This document shows, piece after piece, positions 37,705-37,706 of a stretch of DNA of 37,706 bases. A program made the translations under genes and the position numbers. The notes under the pieces were generated by a model. The model had not been told where the DNA came from and made no database searches. It worked only from the letters and a program-made list of their open reading frames with translations. Position 1 is the stretch's first letter, and each line of letters begins with the position of its first letter. This stretch comes from Chloroflexia bacterium (GTDB lineage: Bacteria > Chloroflexota > Chloroflexia > Thermomicrobiales > UBA6265), in assembly GCA_013698305.1 (NCBI GenBank), contig JACCVC010000103.1, positions 1-37,706 on the forward strand, in the 5' to 3' direction.

Positions 37705-37706
37705 CT

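Overview
GC-rich bacterial chromosomal segment; gene content and protein style suggest Chloroflexota, probably Thermomicrobia-like (inference). It is mostly housekeeping. From start to end: a sugar ABC transporter operon, an MFS transporter, an operon of uncharacterised genes (tiny wHTH-like peptide, large multi-wHTH protein, HEAT protein) running into FemX-type transferase and murE, then aspS, mazG, lepA, murJ, rpsT, holA, fabF, an RpoD-family sigma factor, yebC-ruvC-tlyA-larB, pth-hbd-B12-binding mutase subunit-meaB, and tatB-tgt-acpS-nnrD-CBS-alr. Signals not shown by the ORF track: (1) a 6S RNA gene between holA and fabF; (2) an islet between lepA and murJ (EfeO-like plus degenerate DUF151 protein) with a near-consensus sigma70 promoter, a perfect IscR/Rrf2-type operator and a leader ORF; (3) a leader peptide plus terminator in front of the sigma factor; (4) a perfect palindrome on the yebC-ruvC promoter; (5) a family of GTAG REP-like hairpins with variable stems, three of which carry a second short element nested in their loop. 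No CRISPR array, tRNA, rRNA, transposase or integrase was seen.
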